A DNA stretch of 64,000 bases from the human T2T-CHM13v2.0 reference genome, Homo sapiens: assembly GCF_009914755.1 (NCBI RefSeq), contig NC_060930.1; one strand, 5' to 3'. Position 1 is the first letter of the stretch, and every line of letters starts with the position of its first letter. The translations under genes and the position numbers were made by a program. This document shows positions 41,905 through 56,639 of this stretch, one piece after another. The notes beneath the pieces are model-generated. The model did no database searches and was not told where the DNA came from. It saw nothing but the letters and a program-made list of their open reading frames with translations.

Positions 41905-43829
41905 TAATCCTAAAAGAATCTAATACAATATTGTAAACAGTAAGTGGTCAATAAATAAGGAATTGAACTAATAAGAATACATAAATCTCAGAATATGTGC
42001 AACCTGATCATAGTACACAGAGATCTCTCTATATATCTCTTTTCTTAGTTCATGCTGTTCTTTCAGGTAGAAAGCGCCTTATTTTGAATTAGTTGTCTTT
42101 AGAGCAAAAATCCCTCCAAGAGTGCTGTGTGGTTTCCTATGCACAACCTGGAATAGTCCATTGCTTCATGCCTACCCTGGACATGAAGGGCCATGCCGCA
42201 GCGGAAGTCTCTATGCACCCACCCCCGTCTATACCTGAGCAACACATTCCTCTTTGCTGCTCTCTTACAGGCTACAGAGTGCGGTGGCGCCAGCACAGAG
42301 CTCTGCTCAACGTCCCTCTGTGCTTTCACGATGCTGATGGATTATGAAGGTAGGGAAGAATGTACAGCCAGGAGGCCATTAGGAGGGCAACTAATTTATG
42401 AAATCACATTTGTAGAATTTAATGCATCCAACAACTACCAGGGGAAAGGTGGGCAAAAGCTATACCAACACCACCCAAGTCAAAACCAAAACAACAGGAA
42501 AAGAAAATTATGTGGATGTAGAATTTCTGATAACATCATTCCCAAGGTGCCTTATCCAAGAGGAACTGCTACAATAATATTTTAAGTGGAAATAAATACA
42601 TGCTGGAAGCATTATATATTAGTAGAGTATTTTTTTTTCCCAAAGTACTTTCTCAAGCACATCAACATGAGCCCCCTAAGAGACATTTCACATTAAAAAT
42701 AAAATGTCTGCCCACTGCTGGTTTCTCAATCTGCCTCCACCTTCTGTCCCCTTTAATGAACTGGGCCACGAGGTGAGTCAGAGAGGATAAAGGGAGTGGT
42801 AAGAATTTGAGGAGAGAAGAGAGTGAGGCTAAAATAGGAAATCAGGAAAAGCGATTCGGTCCCCCTGTCCCTCACATGGGGCCACCCTCTTGTTGCCCAG
42901 TGTGGCTTCTTCTTGAGGGTTCTGCATGGTTCCTCAATCCCAGGGAATTCCGCAGGACATTCCACCCAAGACCATTGGGCTCCCACCTCTACTCTTTTGC
43001 CAGTTAATGAATAGGCAGGAATTTCACTGCCTGGAAAGAGGAACAATGCTTTCTGGTCCTTATTTCACATCTAAAATAGAGAGGTCAATTGATTTATTCC
43101 TAAATATCTTTGAACACTAAAATAGAAGTTTTACAGCATATATACTACCTGGTTGCTCTAGACTTAAGCCAGGGAAAAGTACAGATTCAACATTTAAAAT
43201 TGAGATAGACGCTTTCCACTTAATGCTACCAGTCTTGCTTTATTTCATGAGAATGAGAATATAATAATATGGCATACGTTCATTTGGGGGAAAGATTGAT
43301 GTCTTATAACATAATTTATAATTACAGAAAACATGTGAGTTCACTGGGAATAAATAAATTTTGAAGATAATAAGATACTTTCACTTATGTCATAATTTCT
43401 ATGTCATTTGGTGTAGGATGTAGAGATATTAACGTTTACACCTAACTCAAGTTTGTCATCTAAGACCTGAAAGGGTTTTGTCTATCAGCTGCACCCCTGG
43501 GTAGAGACACAACCTTGGGGAAGGCCTCAGCCCCATCCCTCGTACAGCAGGAATGAGAACAGCCCTGCCTGTTGGGAAGCTTGAGGGAGGCTATGGACGT
43601 GCAGCGCTTGGCAGAAGGTCTCGTCATGGAAGGTTCCAGCAAATGTGAGATACTTTTATGATTTCATTTTCTCCAAAAGAAAGGGAATAAGAGAAGAGGG
43701 GAGGAAATAAGACTAATTGCGAGAGATAAAGTACAAGGGTGAGGGAAGGAATAAGGAGACATGACGGCAGCGTGGAGCAGCCGAGGGGGGAGATTGCTTT
43801 CACCACTTCCCAGCATCTATTGCAGATTC

Positions 43830-44021
43830 CACCCTCAAACATTTTGTAAGGACTCTTTATTCAAGGTAACGTTTGAACCCTGCTGAGCCAGTGGCATGGG
43901 TCTCTGAGAGAATCATTAACTTAATTTGACTATCTGGTTTGTGGATGCGTTTACTCTCATGTAAGTCAACAACATCCTGGGATTGGGACCCACTTTCTGG
44001 GCACTGCTGGCCAGTCCCAAA
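43830..44021 (+). promoter_or_regulatory. PLG: PLG core promoter and 5'UTR with HNF1 site (43908-43920)
   Basis: GAGAATCATTAAC (reverse GTTAATGATTCTC) directly upstream of the ATG exon. Confidence 0.8.
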
Positions 44022-44070
44022 ATGGAACATAAGGAAGTGGTTCTTCTACTTCTTTTATTTCTGAAATCAG
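44022..44070 (+). CDS. PLG: Plasminogen exon 1 (signal peptide)
   Basis: MEHKEVVLLLLLFLKS G|gtaag, 49 nt. Confidence 0.97.
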
Positions 44071-44987
44071 GTAAGACATAGTTTTTTTAAATTATAAGAA
44101 TTATTTTTTCTCCCACAATGTAGTAAAAATACATATGCCATGGCTTTATGTGCAATTCATTTAATTTTTGATTCATGAAACTTCCAGTTGAAAATCTTGT
44201 ATAAGATTGAGGAATTCTTCAAGAAATAAGTTTAAGTTTCCTGTGAAGATTGTCAGGGTGCTGGAATGAATGGGCAGAGAAAATAATGGGTGATTTTTCA
44301 AATCTAAATGAGTGCACCCACATAATGGCCAGTCTAATTGAAAAAGAGCCAATGTAGCTAATTATGCAAAGGACGGCTAAGCTCTTTGCCTGGTTCTCAG
44401 TTTGACTAATTTATATCATCTCTGTTACGGTGTCATGCTCCCCTCACTTGCAAGTCAAAACAGTGAAATATCTCTTTGAATATATTCCGTTCTCTCACCA
44501 GTTCATGGTGGCGGCAGGGTCGGGGACTCAGCATTTCTCCCTTTGTTATGGCCTGAGGAAGGCTTTCCATCAGTATACGTTTGCCTCTTATCCCCGGAAA
44601 AATCACACGCATCCATTTGCCAGATGCTGTGTGCAGATAGTGATCAACAAATACTCACTTAGTTGCTTGGGTTAGGTCCCTACATTTTTACACATACATA
44701 CATACCTGTGTGTGAATGTGAGTGTGAGTGTGTATCCTTTACAAATACTAGCTTATTTAGCTCGTGGTATAGGTAGGGTAGCATATTCATCCTCATTTTA
44801 TAAACAAAGAAATCTAGACTTAGGAATATCATGTTATTTGCTCAGTGACCAAATTCTCAGATCTGGGAAATAAAGAAAACTGGATTTAAGCCAGGTTTCC
44901 CAGAAGGAATCTAGGGCTCTTCTCACTTTTCAGCTTTGTTTAAGCCTTTGAAAGAATATTCTAAACATGTCCTAGTACTTCTTTTTC

Positions 44988-45255
44988 TTTAAAAAAAAAA
45001 AAAAGCTTTATTGAGATATAATTAACATATAGAATTCACCCATTTAGGCATACAATCCAATGGATTTCAAGATATTGAGAGTTGTGCAGCCACCATCAGA
45101 ATAAATTTTAAAACTATTCATACCCCCAAAAACGCACTCCACTCTCCTTAGCTGTTACCCCCAATCTGCAGCTTCTGGCAACCACTAATCTACTTTCTGT
45201 ATTTATATCTTTGCCATTTTGAACATTTCATACAAACGGAATCATACGATTTGCT
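44988..45255 (-). mobile_element. L1MB-like 3' fragment in PLG intron 1
   Basis: agctttattgagatataatt...ggcaaccactaatctactttctg...acatttcatacaaacggaatcata. Confidence 0.75.
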
Positions 45256-47729
45256 AGTAGTTCTTCATGTAAATAATGTACGCTTGAAATTCAATCTATA
45301 AATTACCAGATAAAATTTTACAAGTTGCACTTTAGAGTCAAATACATTTGAATTTAGTGGAAGCCATTCAAGGAGCTATCAAAGAAAATACAGAGCAGGA
45401 GAAAATTAAAGAAATTTTTGTAAGAAATTGGTGTATGTTGGGGGGTATGAATATTATATTTCAATGCATGGAAACTAGGACATAGATCACTATGAACTTA
45501 TTCAGTGGGCTACACCCAAAGGCTAGATCAAACTTCTCTGCCACAGGATTAACATATGTTTTAACCCACCTGGTGGGCACATTCTCTCATAAGCTCTTTT
45601 GGAAAGCCAGGTTTTCTGTGGATGTATCATCTTTCCAGTGTGCTGCAATGCCCGGGGAGAGGGAAAAGTTTCTTTTACAGCCATGCTTAGTGGGAAGTGG
45701 AGAAACATCTTCCATTTCACAAATTAAGTCTTTTACACATGCAAATATGCATACACATTCACACACCACAGTGAGGAAGAAATTCTCACACCATTAATAA
45801 AATACATTTGCATCAGTAGCAATATACATCTGCATTTTGCCTATAATATAAATGTATTTTTCCACTAAAAGATTTGTTTGATGTTTCCTTGCCAGCAAAT
45901 AAGCCCTATCAAATCCTATTGCCATATGAGTCCTAGAGGTGAATAAGAGAAGAAAAAATGGGGGAAAATTATTTCAAACTGAAAAGAGAAAAGTTTGATT
46001 CTGTTTTGGGATATTTCCTAGGGACATGAGCTGGGGAGGGGATCTCAGCAGCGATGCGCTATGAAGCATAGTAACATAACACAGAGAACTTAATTGAAGG
46101 GGGAAATAAATGGAAGTTTTCTTTTTTTGAATATCAGTTGTAGCCCGCTCTGCTATACTTCAAAAAAACTCTTCAGAAAGTTTAACTGAACTCACTGTAG
46201 GACACACTTTGTGGATTTATTGTGTGTTTTGAAGTCACACTGTGAGCTATATAGAATTAACCAAAACACAACTCTTCTTGAAAATGAGAGTTCAAGTTGG
46301 CAGAAAGTGCGGGGTAAAGACATGGATATGGGCCTAAAGCATCTATTTCTTTGTGATCTTTTGATATATCTCTCAAGTGCTTTTTAGTGGATTAGCTTTA
46401 GAATGCATCAGCCAACTCCTGCTCAATAATCCATTTTTCCAGCCCGGAATGTCTTAAATTGAGGAAGGACAAAGTCCCAGAGGTGGGGAGCAGGGGGACT
46501 TTGGCCGAGGACTTTGCATGAATCGATGAGCATGCATCCACCTCCCTGTCCTGCCCCTTGTGCTCTGTGTACCCTCAGGAGGTCAGGACAGGCCTTTCTG
46601 AGAATGAAAATCTGTTCATTTGCTTTCCTACTGGATACTTGTCATCAGCATACAAACCAATGCGCTCTGCAGTGTGTCATCTTTCAGAACCTCCCCTGAC
46701 CGCATGTTCCCTGGAGGGCTCGCTGTCTTCAGAGCCAGGCTTGTCTCCTGCTGCAGCCTCCACTGCTCTCCTAGTCACTCTGTAACCCACCCCCTCTGCC
46801 TGCGGCCCCCACCACGCCCCTCAAAGTGGTCAAGGTTGTCCTGTTGTCTAATTCCATGGAGCTTGCCTGTCTTCATTTTATTAGCCTCTTTTGGCCTCTC
46901 ACCCTTGTGCAAATCACTAGCATTCTGTGCCAAGGACGGAGCTGGCATCTCCAGGCTTGGAATAGAGCTACCAAAGCTCAGCCAGATGTCTGGAAGAGCC
47001 TCAGGACAAGGGGACACCCTGTAGCCTTGTGGTGGGAGCACAGCTGAGGCCCCCTTGGCCACCCTCTGCCACGACCAGGCAGAAAGCAGCTTTCGGACAG
47101 ATTCGTTGTCTCAGATTTGATCTCAAAGAAAAACCAAGACCAGTATTTGTCCCAGGTCCTGCTTTTTTACAATTTCCTCCGAAATCCAGATACCTGTCAA
47201 CACCTTGGAAAAACTGACTTCTCCCCAATTAGTAGTGTTGTGTGACTGTCATAAGCCCAGTACAAAAATGGCCTTCTTTGTTGGGGAGCTTCTTACCCTC
47301 CAGTGTTTTGCCCAATTTTTGTCCAAGGTGGCAACATAATTTAGTTCAGTTCTTGTTTATTTCCACCATCATCTATGCACCAAAATTTATGTTTCTCAAG
47401 GAGGGACCATTCAGAGGATGCTTCCCACCGGTTCAAGTGACAGTGCCAGAACCAAAGCGCATATTGTAGGAAATCAAACAATGGCCTCCAAGTTCCATTT
47501 CTACCCAGGGATGAACAAATCAACATCAATCTTGGTAACACAACTGCCACTGATGGTGCCTTACTCTTCTCTCATGACATGGCACAATCAATAGCAAACA
47601 TAAAATTTGTTCTTGTTTAAGGATTTATATCCACTAATATGGTAACATAGTAGTGGTTCCATAGTTCTAACCTGTTTGTCAATCCAGTTAATCTTTTACT
47701 ATCTTGCAATCTGCTAATGAAACTGTTTT

Positions 47730-47960
47730 TCTTTGTTTTATAATTTCAACTTTTAGAGTCAGGGGTACATGTGCAGGTGTGTTACATAACTAAATTGCGT
47801 GACACTGAGCTTTGGGGTACAAATGATCCCATCACCCAGGTAGTGAGCTAAATACCTACTAAATAGGTAGTTTTTCAGCCCTTGCCTTGCTCCCTCTCTC
47901 CCTTCTCTGGTAGTCCCCAGTGTCTTTAGTTGCCATCTTTATTTATGTCCAAATGCCCGA
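47730..47960 (-). mobile_element. L1PA (old) 3' fragment
   Basis: ggggtacatgtgcaggtgtgttacat...gatcccatcacccaggtagtgagc. Confidence 0.8.
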
Positions 47961-48090
47961 CTGTGTGTTCTTAACTAAACATTTTGATTCATAGCTACCC
48001 ATTCTACTTCCAGTAAACAGAAAGTTTTATTTGGTTAATGCTAACCAAATAGATTAAAAGGAAGTCATGACAATTAGACATTGACATTGA

Positions 48091-48318
<228 letters not shown>

Positions 48319-49385
48319 TAATTTACTCACAAATTTATTAATGATTTAAGAGGAAAGAGAAATTTATGGAGCCAGAGTTTGGAACTATATTTGCTCACAG
48401 TATGTGAAGCCATACTAACAGCTTCTTGTTAAGGTTTATTGGAGTCTTTGTTAGAAAAATACCCTCAAAGGAAGTTATTTGTTTTTACACCGGACACAAA
48501 CATTAGCAGTTATTGTTCTGAGCTCCAGTTTTCAACATCATCATCAGTAAATGTTTGTTGAGGATCAGGTGAATGAAAGTGTCCTAGATAGATCTGAGCA
48601 ATGACTTATAGCTACAAGATCCAGTGCCTGCCCTTTAGTATTTAAGGTGTAGTCAAAGAAACTGGATATAATGTTAAAAAAAAAAAAAAGACAGCCCAAG
48701 TGAGGTACAGGCATAATCAATGCATGCTCTACCCAGATCCAGAAGAAAGAACAGTGCCTAAGGTTGAGGCAGCTAGAGAAGGCTCAGGGAGGAGGTGGGA
48801 ACTGAGCTGGGTTTGGAGTTGAGAGAGCTCTTGACAAGCACCAGGAAGGCAGGGGAAGATGCGGCCCTGCACCTTCTGAGGGGGACCATTAAGAGATGAA
48901 GTTGACTAAAGCAGAGACTTTGTGTAGGTGACGGGCTTGGGAAGGTAGCTATGGAATCCAGACTGAGCACCCATAGCAGGACCACGGGATGGAGATGGGA
49001 GGGGTCAGGGGCCAGGGTGGGGTGGAATGTGGAGCAGAGGTTCAGGGGAACTGATCAGAGTTGGGAGGTCATGGAGACGGACTATCTTGGCGAATGGGTT
49101 CAAAGCAACCAGAGTTGCTTCTTTCCAACCCAAAAACAAAAATTAAGAAGATGAGTGAAGAAGAAGTAAAGCAGTTGAAACAGGAAGAAAGGGAAAATTA
49201 TGAGGGAGGGAAGGTAAGGGCAGATAAGATTTGCTGCCACGTTGGTGTATTTTGTTCAGTACTTCATCGATGCCATGCCCAAATAACTGAAAGAGGCAGC
49301 AATTCTGAGCTCTCTGGTCCCTCAAGATATTCAATGATCTTTAGCATGTCTCACTTATTAATAAACATTTGTTTTCTTTAAATAA

Positions 49386-49685
<300 letters not shown>

Positions 49686-50196
49686 TAACCATGTCAGCTT
49701 GAGTGTATTACTTCACCTCTTAGATTTAATTTTTTTTGTTCAAAAGATGAAAGGATTAGATTTACAAAATCACTTCTACCTCTATGACCCTGAAAATAAG
49801 ATTTTTAAAATATTATTTTATATTTAACAAGGAGATGGGAAGTCTAAGCATTCCTTTTGGTCTTGGCTTCTTATTCTGCAGGGTGACCATGGTCCTTGGG
49901 CCCTAACATCTGGATGAAGCCTTGTAAAACAGAAATACTGAGGTGTTTTAATCCTCAGAAACATTTAGATTGGGACACAAATCTTATTTTTACTCTTAAA
50001 TTTTTCACATTTTGGGGGACATGGTCTATATTTTTCTCAGATTTCTGAAATGTTGTCTTTTAAAAATGTGTAAAAGTTACAGTTCCTTTTCTATAGTTTA
50101 TTTTAAAATGTGGGTCAATAGTCCCACTGCTTAGAATAAGAGGCAGACAGGATTTCAATAGAAATTGCATGCCTTTTTAGATGTGCAAATGTTTCA

Positions 50197-50262
50197 TTAA
50201 GCATTTCCCATCAAGTATATCCCATCAAGTATGCTCCCATTAAGCATATCCCATCAAGTATA
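50197..50262. repeat. Short tandem repeat, ~4.5 x 14-15 bp (cccatcaagtat)
   Basis: ttaagcatttcccatcaagtatatcccatcaagtatgctcccattaagcatatcccatcaagtata. Confidence 0.85.
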
Positions 50263-52676
50263 AATATTTGAAGGGATGCATGACACTTTAAAAACTGTTT
50301 CCTCTACTGTGTTGGTAGCCAGGTATTAAGACTGTTAATAGTAACAATTTAGCTCTCCAAACATTCTGCATCCCAGGTGTTAAAGAGGACTGGAAACACC
50401 TTAGTTCTTGTATTCTTGAGGATGATTTGCCATATTGTGTCTAGTATTACGGCAAAACTCTAAGTAGCATTTTAAATAGTATTTATTTGGGTTGGAATTA
50501 TTTCTATGCATTGACTCATCTTCCTGGGTTTCATTAGCTGTACGCATTGTACTTCCTTCCTTACCACTATTTATCTCGAATTCTTGAGATTAAAGTGCAG
50601 ATTAAATCTAAACTTTATCTGGTGAAGTTATTAGTTCTTACAAGTAGCAAGCAAACGGTAAACTAAATAGGATCACCTAATTGTACCAGATTTTAAAAAA
50701 AAAAAACCCTGATTCTCCTGATTCTCTCTACAAAATGCTAACATTTAAATATGTCATTTGTAAATTGTTAACCAGAAGGAACATGGGAATGACTGTAGGT
50801 TGAGTTTGAAGTCTGAAGTTTGAAGGCTTAGTTTGCTTGTTTTCAAAGTGACAGAAGGGAGCAAAAGGTTATATAAACTCTGATGGGTACATACAAAAAA
50901 AAAAGAAGTGAAAAGTCAAAAGTCAGTCATTTTTTGGTCCTTGTTTCTTTGCTGTGGGATATTGACCTGCTACTAACTTACCTGCCAGGGTTTTGCCAGG
51001 AACAGTCAGTGTTAGATCACATTTACTTCTGCCACTTGCCACCAGCCACACTGCCTTCACCAAGTCCAAGACCCTATCACCACTGGTTGGGGCTACTTGT
51101 AGCTGTACACATGATCTCTAAGAAATGTAACTTCCCTGTTTAAAGCCCTTCCTAGTGCCCTTAAAATAAGACCCAAAGACTTCCCAAATGTGCTAGGGCC
51201 CAGCATTATTTAAGTAACCCCCAGCTGCTGTTTGCTTGGCTTGCTAAACTTTTCTACACTGGCCTTACTTCTGTTCCTTCACCACCCCAAGCACACACCC
51301 TCCTGCCTGGGACCCTCTTCACCTTTGTCCTGCTGTGCCAGCTCCTTCTTATCTCCTAGGTGTCAGCTCAATCATCATGTCCTTTGCAAATCTTCCTTGA
51401 CCCCTAGACCTCCCTTTCACAAAGTACCTTGAGTTTACACTTTTGATGAGTGTCTTATGTCTACTGTAATACTATGTCCCAATGAAGATGTACTTGCAAT
51501 CATAATACGCAGTATTGGGTTAAAAGCATTAGTTTGCTGTAGGTATGTTAGGAGCACTTTCCCCATGTGATTGATCAATTAATTAAAAAATGGCTAAAGT
51601 GGGTAACCTTAAATGATGGTGTAAATATACCTTAAACATTTTATATTTTCATTGAAAACACAAGTGTACTTGACACCTTTTGACGTAGAGCAGAGGCTTT
51701 TCTTCTTCGAATATGGGGTCACCAGTAGAAGGTCTCTGGTGTATTTCCTGCATAAACTATGCTCCAGTGCAACATCTACAATAATTACTTTCCTTATTTT
51801 TGAAGTGGACCATATCTCGACATTTATTAATCAATCTGAATGTGTAAAACCTTTAGATTTTTATGAATTCCTCCTCAAGCTTTATAGTCAACTATATGAG
51901 TGGATTGCCCTCTGTGGATTTGATAGCAATTTTTTAAATGATTCATGTTTCAACTTGTTAAAAACATTTAATTTAGTTAAAAACCAAACAAAAAAGAGCT
52001 TTGTTTCTTTTCACATTCATTTCTCAGTTTAGATCATCTTTAATTAAATATAAATGTAAGAAAGTTGGAAAATGCAAAGAAATGACTCGTTGTAAGCACA
52101 TAACTCACGTGGGGGGAACAGACATGGGTGGGCACACTAGCAAACACCTGCCAGCTGCATGTGGACCCAGGTGGGCACCGGACTGTTTTAAACACAGGAG
52201 AGGGCCCGTTGTCTAACTGGTGAGTTGGTTGAGTGGAAGCTGGTTGAGAACTTTTACTGCAAACCATTTACAGTAGACCACAATTTTATAGCCCTGTTTG
52301 GCACTTTTTCATATCACTGGGAGCCTGAAGAAATAGAAGTGGGTTGGATCTCTTTCAGCCTCTGAAAAGCCTGCCATTCCCCCATCTAAAAAGCCCTTTC
52401 CCCATTCTCTCACTCTGTCTCATCATGTATGTAATATGTATCATCATTAAGTGATCTCATTTTATATTGTTTCCTTGAATATTTCCTGTAACCCCCCTGC
52501 CTGATTCCACTAGAATGTAAGCTCCATGACGGCCAAGCCTCTGGCTGCACTGTGCCCCGTGTGTCCCCAGCATCCTGGTGGGGCTCGATACACAGAGAGC
52601 TCATAAGTAGCATTTGAATACATGAATCAAAGAATGGCTCAGTTTACTGCAGCCTTTTTGCAGATGCAAAAGATGA

Positions 52677-52916
<240 letters not shown>

Positions 52917-52955
52917 TAAGACATTCCCTTTCATCTTTGTGTTCATCTACTGTAA

Positions 52956-53252
52956 AGTTGTCCCTCTGTGTCTGTGAGGGATTGGTTCCAGGACCCCTGT
53001 GGCTACCAAAATCCATGCTTCTCAAGTCCCTTATATAAAATGGTGCAGTATTTGCATATAACCTACATACCTTCTCTTGTATAATCCCTAATATAATGTA
53101 AATGCTATTTAATCGTTGTTATACTGTATTGTTTTTATTTGTATTATGTTTTATTGTCATATTGTTATTTTCTGTCATCTTTTTCAAGTCTTTTCCATCC
53201 ACAGTTGGTTGAATTTGTGGATCTGGAACCCATGGATACAGAGGGCCAACTG
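52956..53252. mobile_element. MER2-like Tigger-family MITE
   Basis: TIR-like agttgtccctctgtgtctgtg / catggatacagagggccaactg; internal gattggttccaggacccc...caagtcccttatataaaatgg. Confidence 0.8.
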
Positions 53253-54680
53253 TATTTAGGATAATTTCATCACTTTTAATTCAAACCACAATATGTGAAT
53301 AAGCAGATAGAAAGAATCTTTTTGATGTCGATGTTCAACTATTTTTGGCACCATAGTAGAACATGGTTGCTTTCTATTTTTTCTTGGATATGGAGGTTTC
53401 TTGAAGACCTAGAACATAGAAGAATGCCTAGTTTAAAAAAAATCAATGAAACTATGAGTTTTAGGCCAAATCTGAGAAAAGATCAAAGATGACTATGTTT
53501 GGGACTGAAGTAAGCATATCAAGTTAGAACTCTCATCACATGTTCGACTCAAATTGTGGAGCAAAAGAGTAAATAAGATATAAAAATGAAAATGAAGATA
53601 CGTGAAATTCAAATGTTGCAACTTGCCTATTATTTATTTTAGTGCATTTTTTTGTACTTTTCCCAGTTTGGTGTTAGGTGGCATTAAGTTCTCAGTAATG
53701 ACGCTTATCAAATAGGAACTTAGTGCTTGTTACTCACCTTTATCCATTCCCCCAACACTCAACAAATTGCCTTTGCTATATCCCTATGAGATGAGCAGAT
53801 CAAATATTCCCCGTGAGTTAATGAAAACTGATTCAACCAAATGGCAAAGTCAGAGACTATCGGGGGCCATGGAGACACTCTGGGCCATTTTTATGAGGTA
53901 GTCTAGGCTCATCTTTATGAGGGAACTGAGGTCTCGGGGGGTGGGGGTTATCCCAAATAGGTTCACAGAAGAACCAGAAATAAAACCTGCCTTTCTAGAC
54001 TGTAAGTCTTGTGATTTTCATCTAAACGGTTGTCTCTATACAGCAACTCATCTCTAGAACTGAAAATAAGCTTAAATCCCTCCTCCATCCCCAATAATTC
54101 AAGCTGCATTTCAGAGAAAACCAGGACTTTGGAATCAGACAGATCAACTTTGAATTCTTGATCTGCTTCTTCATAGCTATTTACACTTAGGCAAGTTTTG
54201 TTTTGTTTTGTTTTACGTTGCCACTCAGTTTTCTCATCTGTAAAATAGGGATAATAACACCTTCCTCAAATGGTTTTATTAGGACTAAAAGAGAGAATGT
54301 GTGGAAAGATGTTAGTGGAATTCCTGGCAGATAGTTCACATGAACAAAATGGTATTAACTACAAAAATTTTTACAGAGAAAACGGTAACTGACAAAAGCA
54401 GGTGTTTGGAATGAATTAAGACCATGGCAGCCTTTTGAGGCCTTTATATTTCTCCTGACTGTGCAATAAAAATATTTTGGCTCTCTAAGACTTGGCTGTC
54501 ACAGTAGCAATGGTAATATTAGCTACTGTGCCAGAAGCAGCCTATCAATAGAGAAATTGAAAATCTGACCACACAAATGCTGCAGCACCCAGCTGAAATG
54601 CATTTGGATGACAATCTCAGATGGGAATCGAGAGCATCTCCTTCTGCCTTGCTAATAGCAAGCTGATTTTTAGAATATAG

Positions 54681-54863
<183 letters not shown>

Positions 54864-54997
54864 TAGAAAATGTTTTCATTTCTGCCCTTCACCTGTAAAA
54901 TAATTTGTTGTAAAGCCCCTTCCCACAGGGATGTTATTAATAATTGAGTAACGTATTCACCTCTCGGAAAGAAGCAAAACCCCAGAATTAACCTGAA

Positions 54998-55292
54998 TTT
55001 TTTTTTTTTCTGAGACAGAGTTTTGCTCTCGTTGCCCAGGCTAGAGTGCAACCGTGCAATCTCGGCTCACCACAACCTCCGCCTCCGGGTTCAAGAGATT
55101 CTGCTACCTCAGCCTCCCAAGTAGCTGGGATTACAGGCATGTGCCACCATGCCTGGCTAATTTTATATTTTTAGTAGAGACAGGGTTTCTCCACGTAGGT
55201 CAGGCTGGTCTTGAACTCTCGACCTCAGGTGATCCGCCTGCCTCAGCCTCTCAAAGTGCTGGGATTACAGGCATGAGCCACCATGCCCAGCA
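54998..55292 (-). mobile_element. AluS with TSD acctgaatt
   Basis: Reverse Alu dimer. Confidence 0.93.
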
Positions 55293-56435
55293 GACCTGAA
55301 TTATTTTTATTAAAATGTTACATCAACATGTACAAATATAAAACTACATCTAAACTCTAAGTACAAACTTCTTATGCTTACAACTCTTACACAGTGTTAA
55401 CCCCAAGACAGGTTTGCAATTAAATAGTTAAAATAAAACAACAAAATCAATAAAAATCAAATAAACAATATATATTTAATGTGGTAGACTTTGCTGTTTT
55501 GCTGAAGCTAAGCAAGGAACCAGTTTTTAAATCAGCAATCCATTATTTGAATGGACTGAGCAATTTAATAGTGCACCTCAAAGGTCAATGCTAAAAAATT
55601 TTAAAAAAATCCTACTGAAAAAACTGTCATCGTTTCACATTTCTGGCTACATTAGTGCAAAAGGGAATAAATAAAGGTGAGATTTGTGTGACAGTGTGGA
55701 TATGGTACTGTGTGACAACTCAGTTCTCCCATCACTTCCACCTGTTCGAATCACGGGGATCCTTTATTTGTACACCATGTTATAGGTATTTGCCCTTAAG
55801 CATCACCAATGCATCACTGTTATATTAAGTCTGCCCGTTTTCCTTAGTACTCCATAAAATTTAAGTCACATATTACTCTGCCTCACCATGTTACTTCAAT
55901 AATTCTGAATCAAAGTTTAAGTTTGTGAATAATTTTGCAAAAAAGAGCCAATCATGCTTCTCAACAACATAAAAAGAGAAGCGCTGTCACTTCAGGTGAA
56001 TATTGTTCTCCCTGAGGCCATGAGCATAAACAAAAACTCCAGACTAAAACCCTGAGACGGTGCCAGGTCATTCAGCAGTCAGCGGAATGATCAGAATAAT
56101 TTCATACAAAGTTTTAAAGATCATTATTGAAATGAAGATGCCAAATATTGAAAACTCCTAATGGAGAACGTAGACTCCTGGGAATATATGCACCCTTGGC
56201 TCCCCACTGGCCTGTGCATCCCGGTCTAAGGACATGGCATCATGGAAATTCTGAACTTGGTCATGACTACAATAGTTGAGGGAGTATTGACTAAAATATG
56301 TGAATGTTACGGTTTAAAAGGAAAATGACATTTGGATTATGCTAGAAAATCCTGAGTCCTTATTGCCAATTTTATTGCCAAGTGCCTGTTGTGAATTACA
56401 TCGGAATGAGAGGCAAGTCGCACTTAAGTGAGTAG

Positions 56436-56639
<204 letters not shown>

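Larger units (their letters stand above)
43202..47628 (+). repeat. Inverted segmental duplication, PLG arm (pairs with 1940-7219)
   Basis: See the LPA arm. Confidence 0.95.

Noticed and set aside
50197-50262. CRISPR-like array (also considered 12272-12406)
   Set aside because: Adjacent repeats without unique spacers, no cas genes, mammalian context.
55491-55516. ttgctgttttgctgaagctaagcaagg resembling the end of PLG exon 16 (ALLKLS)
   Set aside because: Too short, with no extended homology or donor site; chance match.
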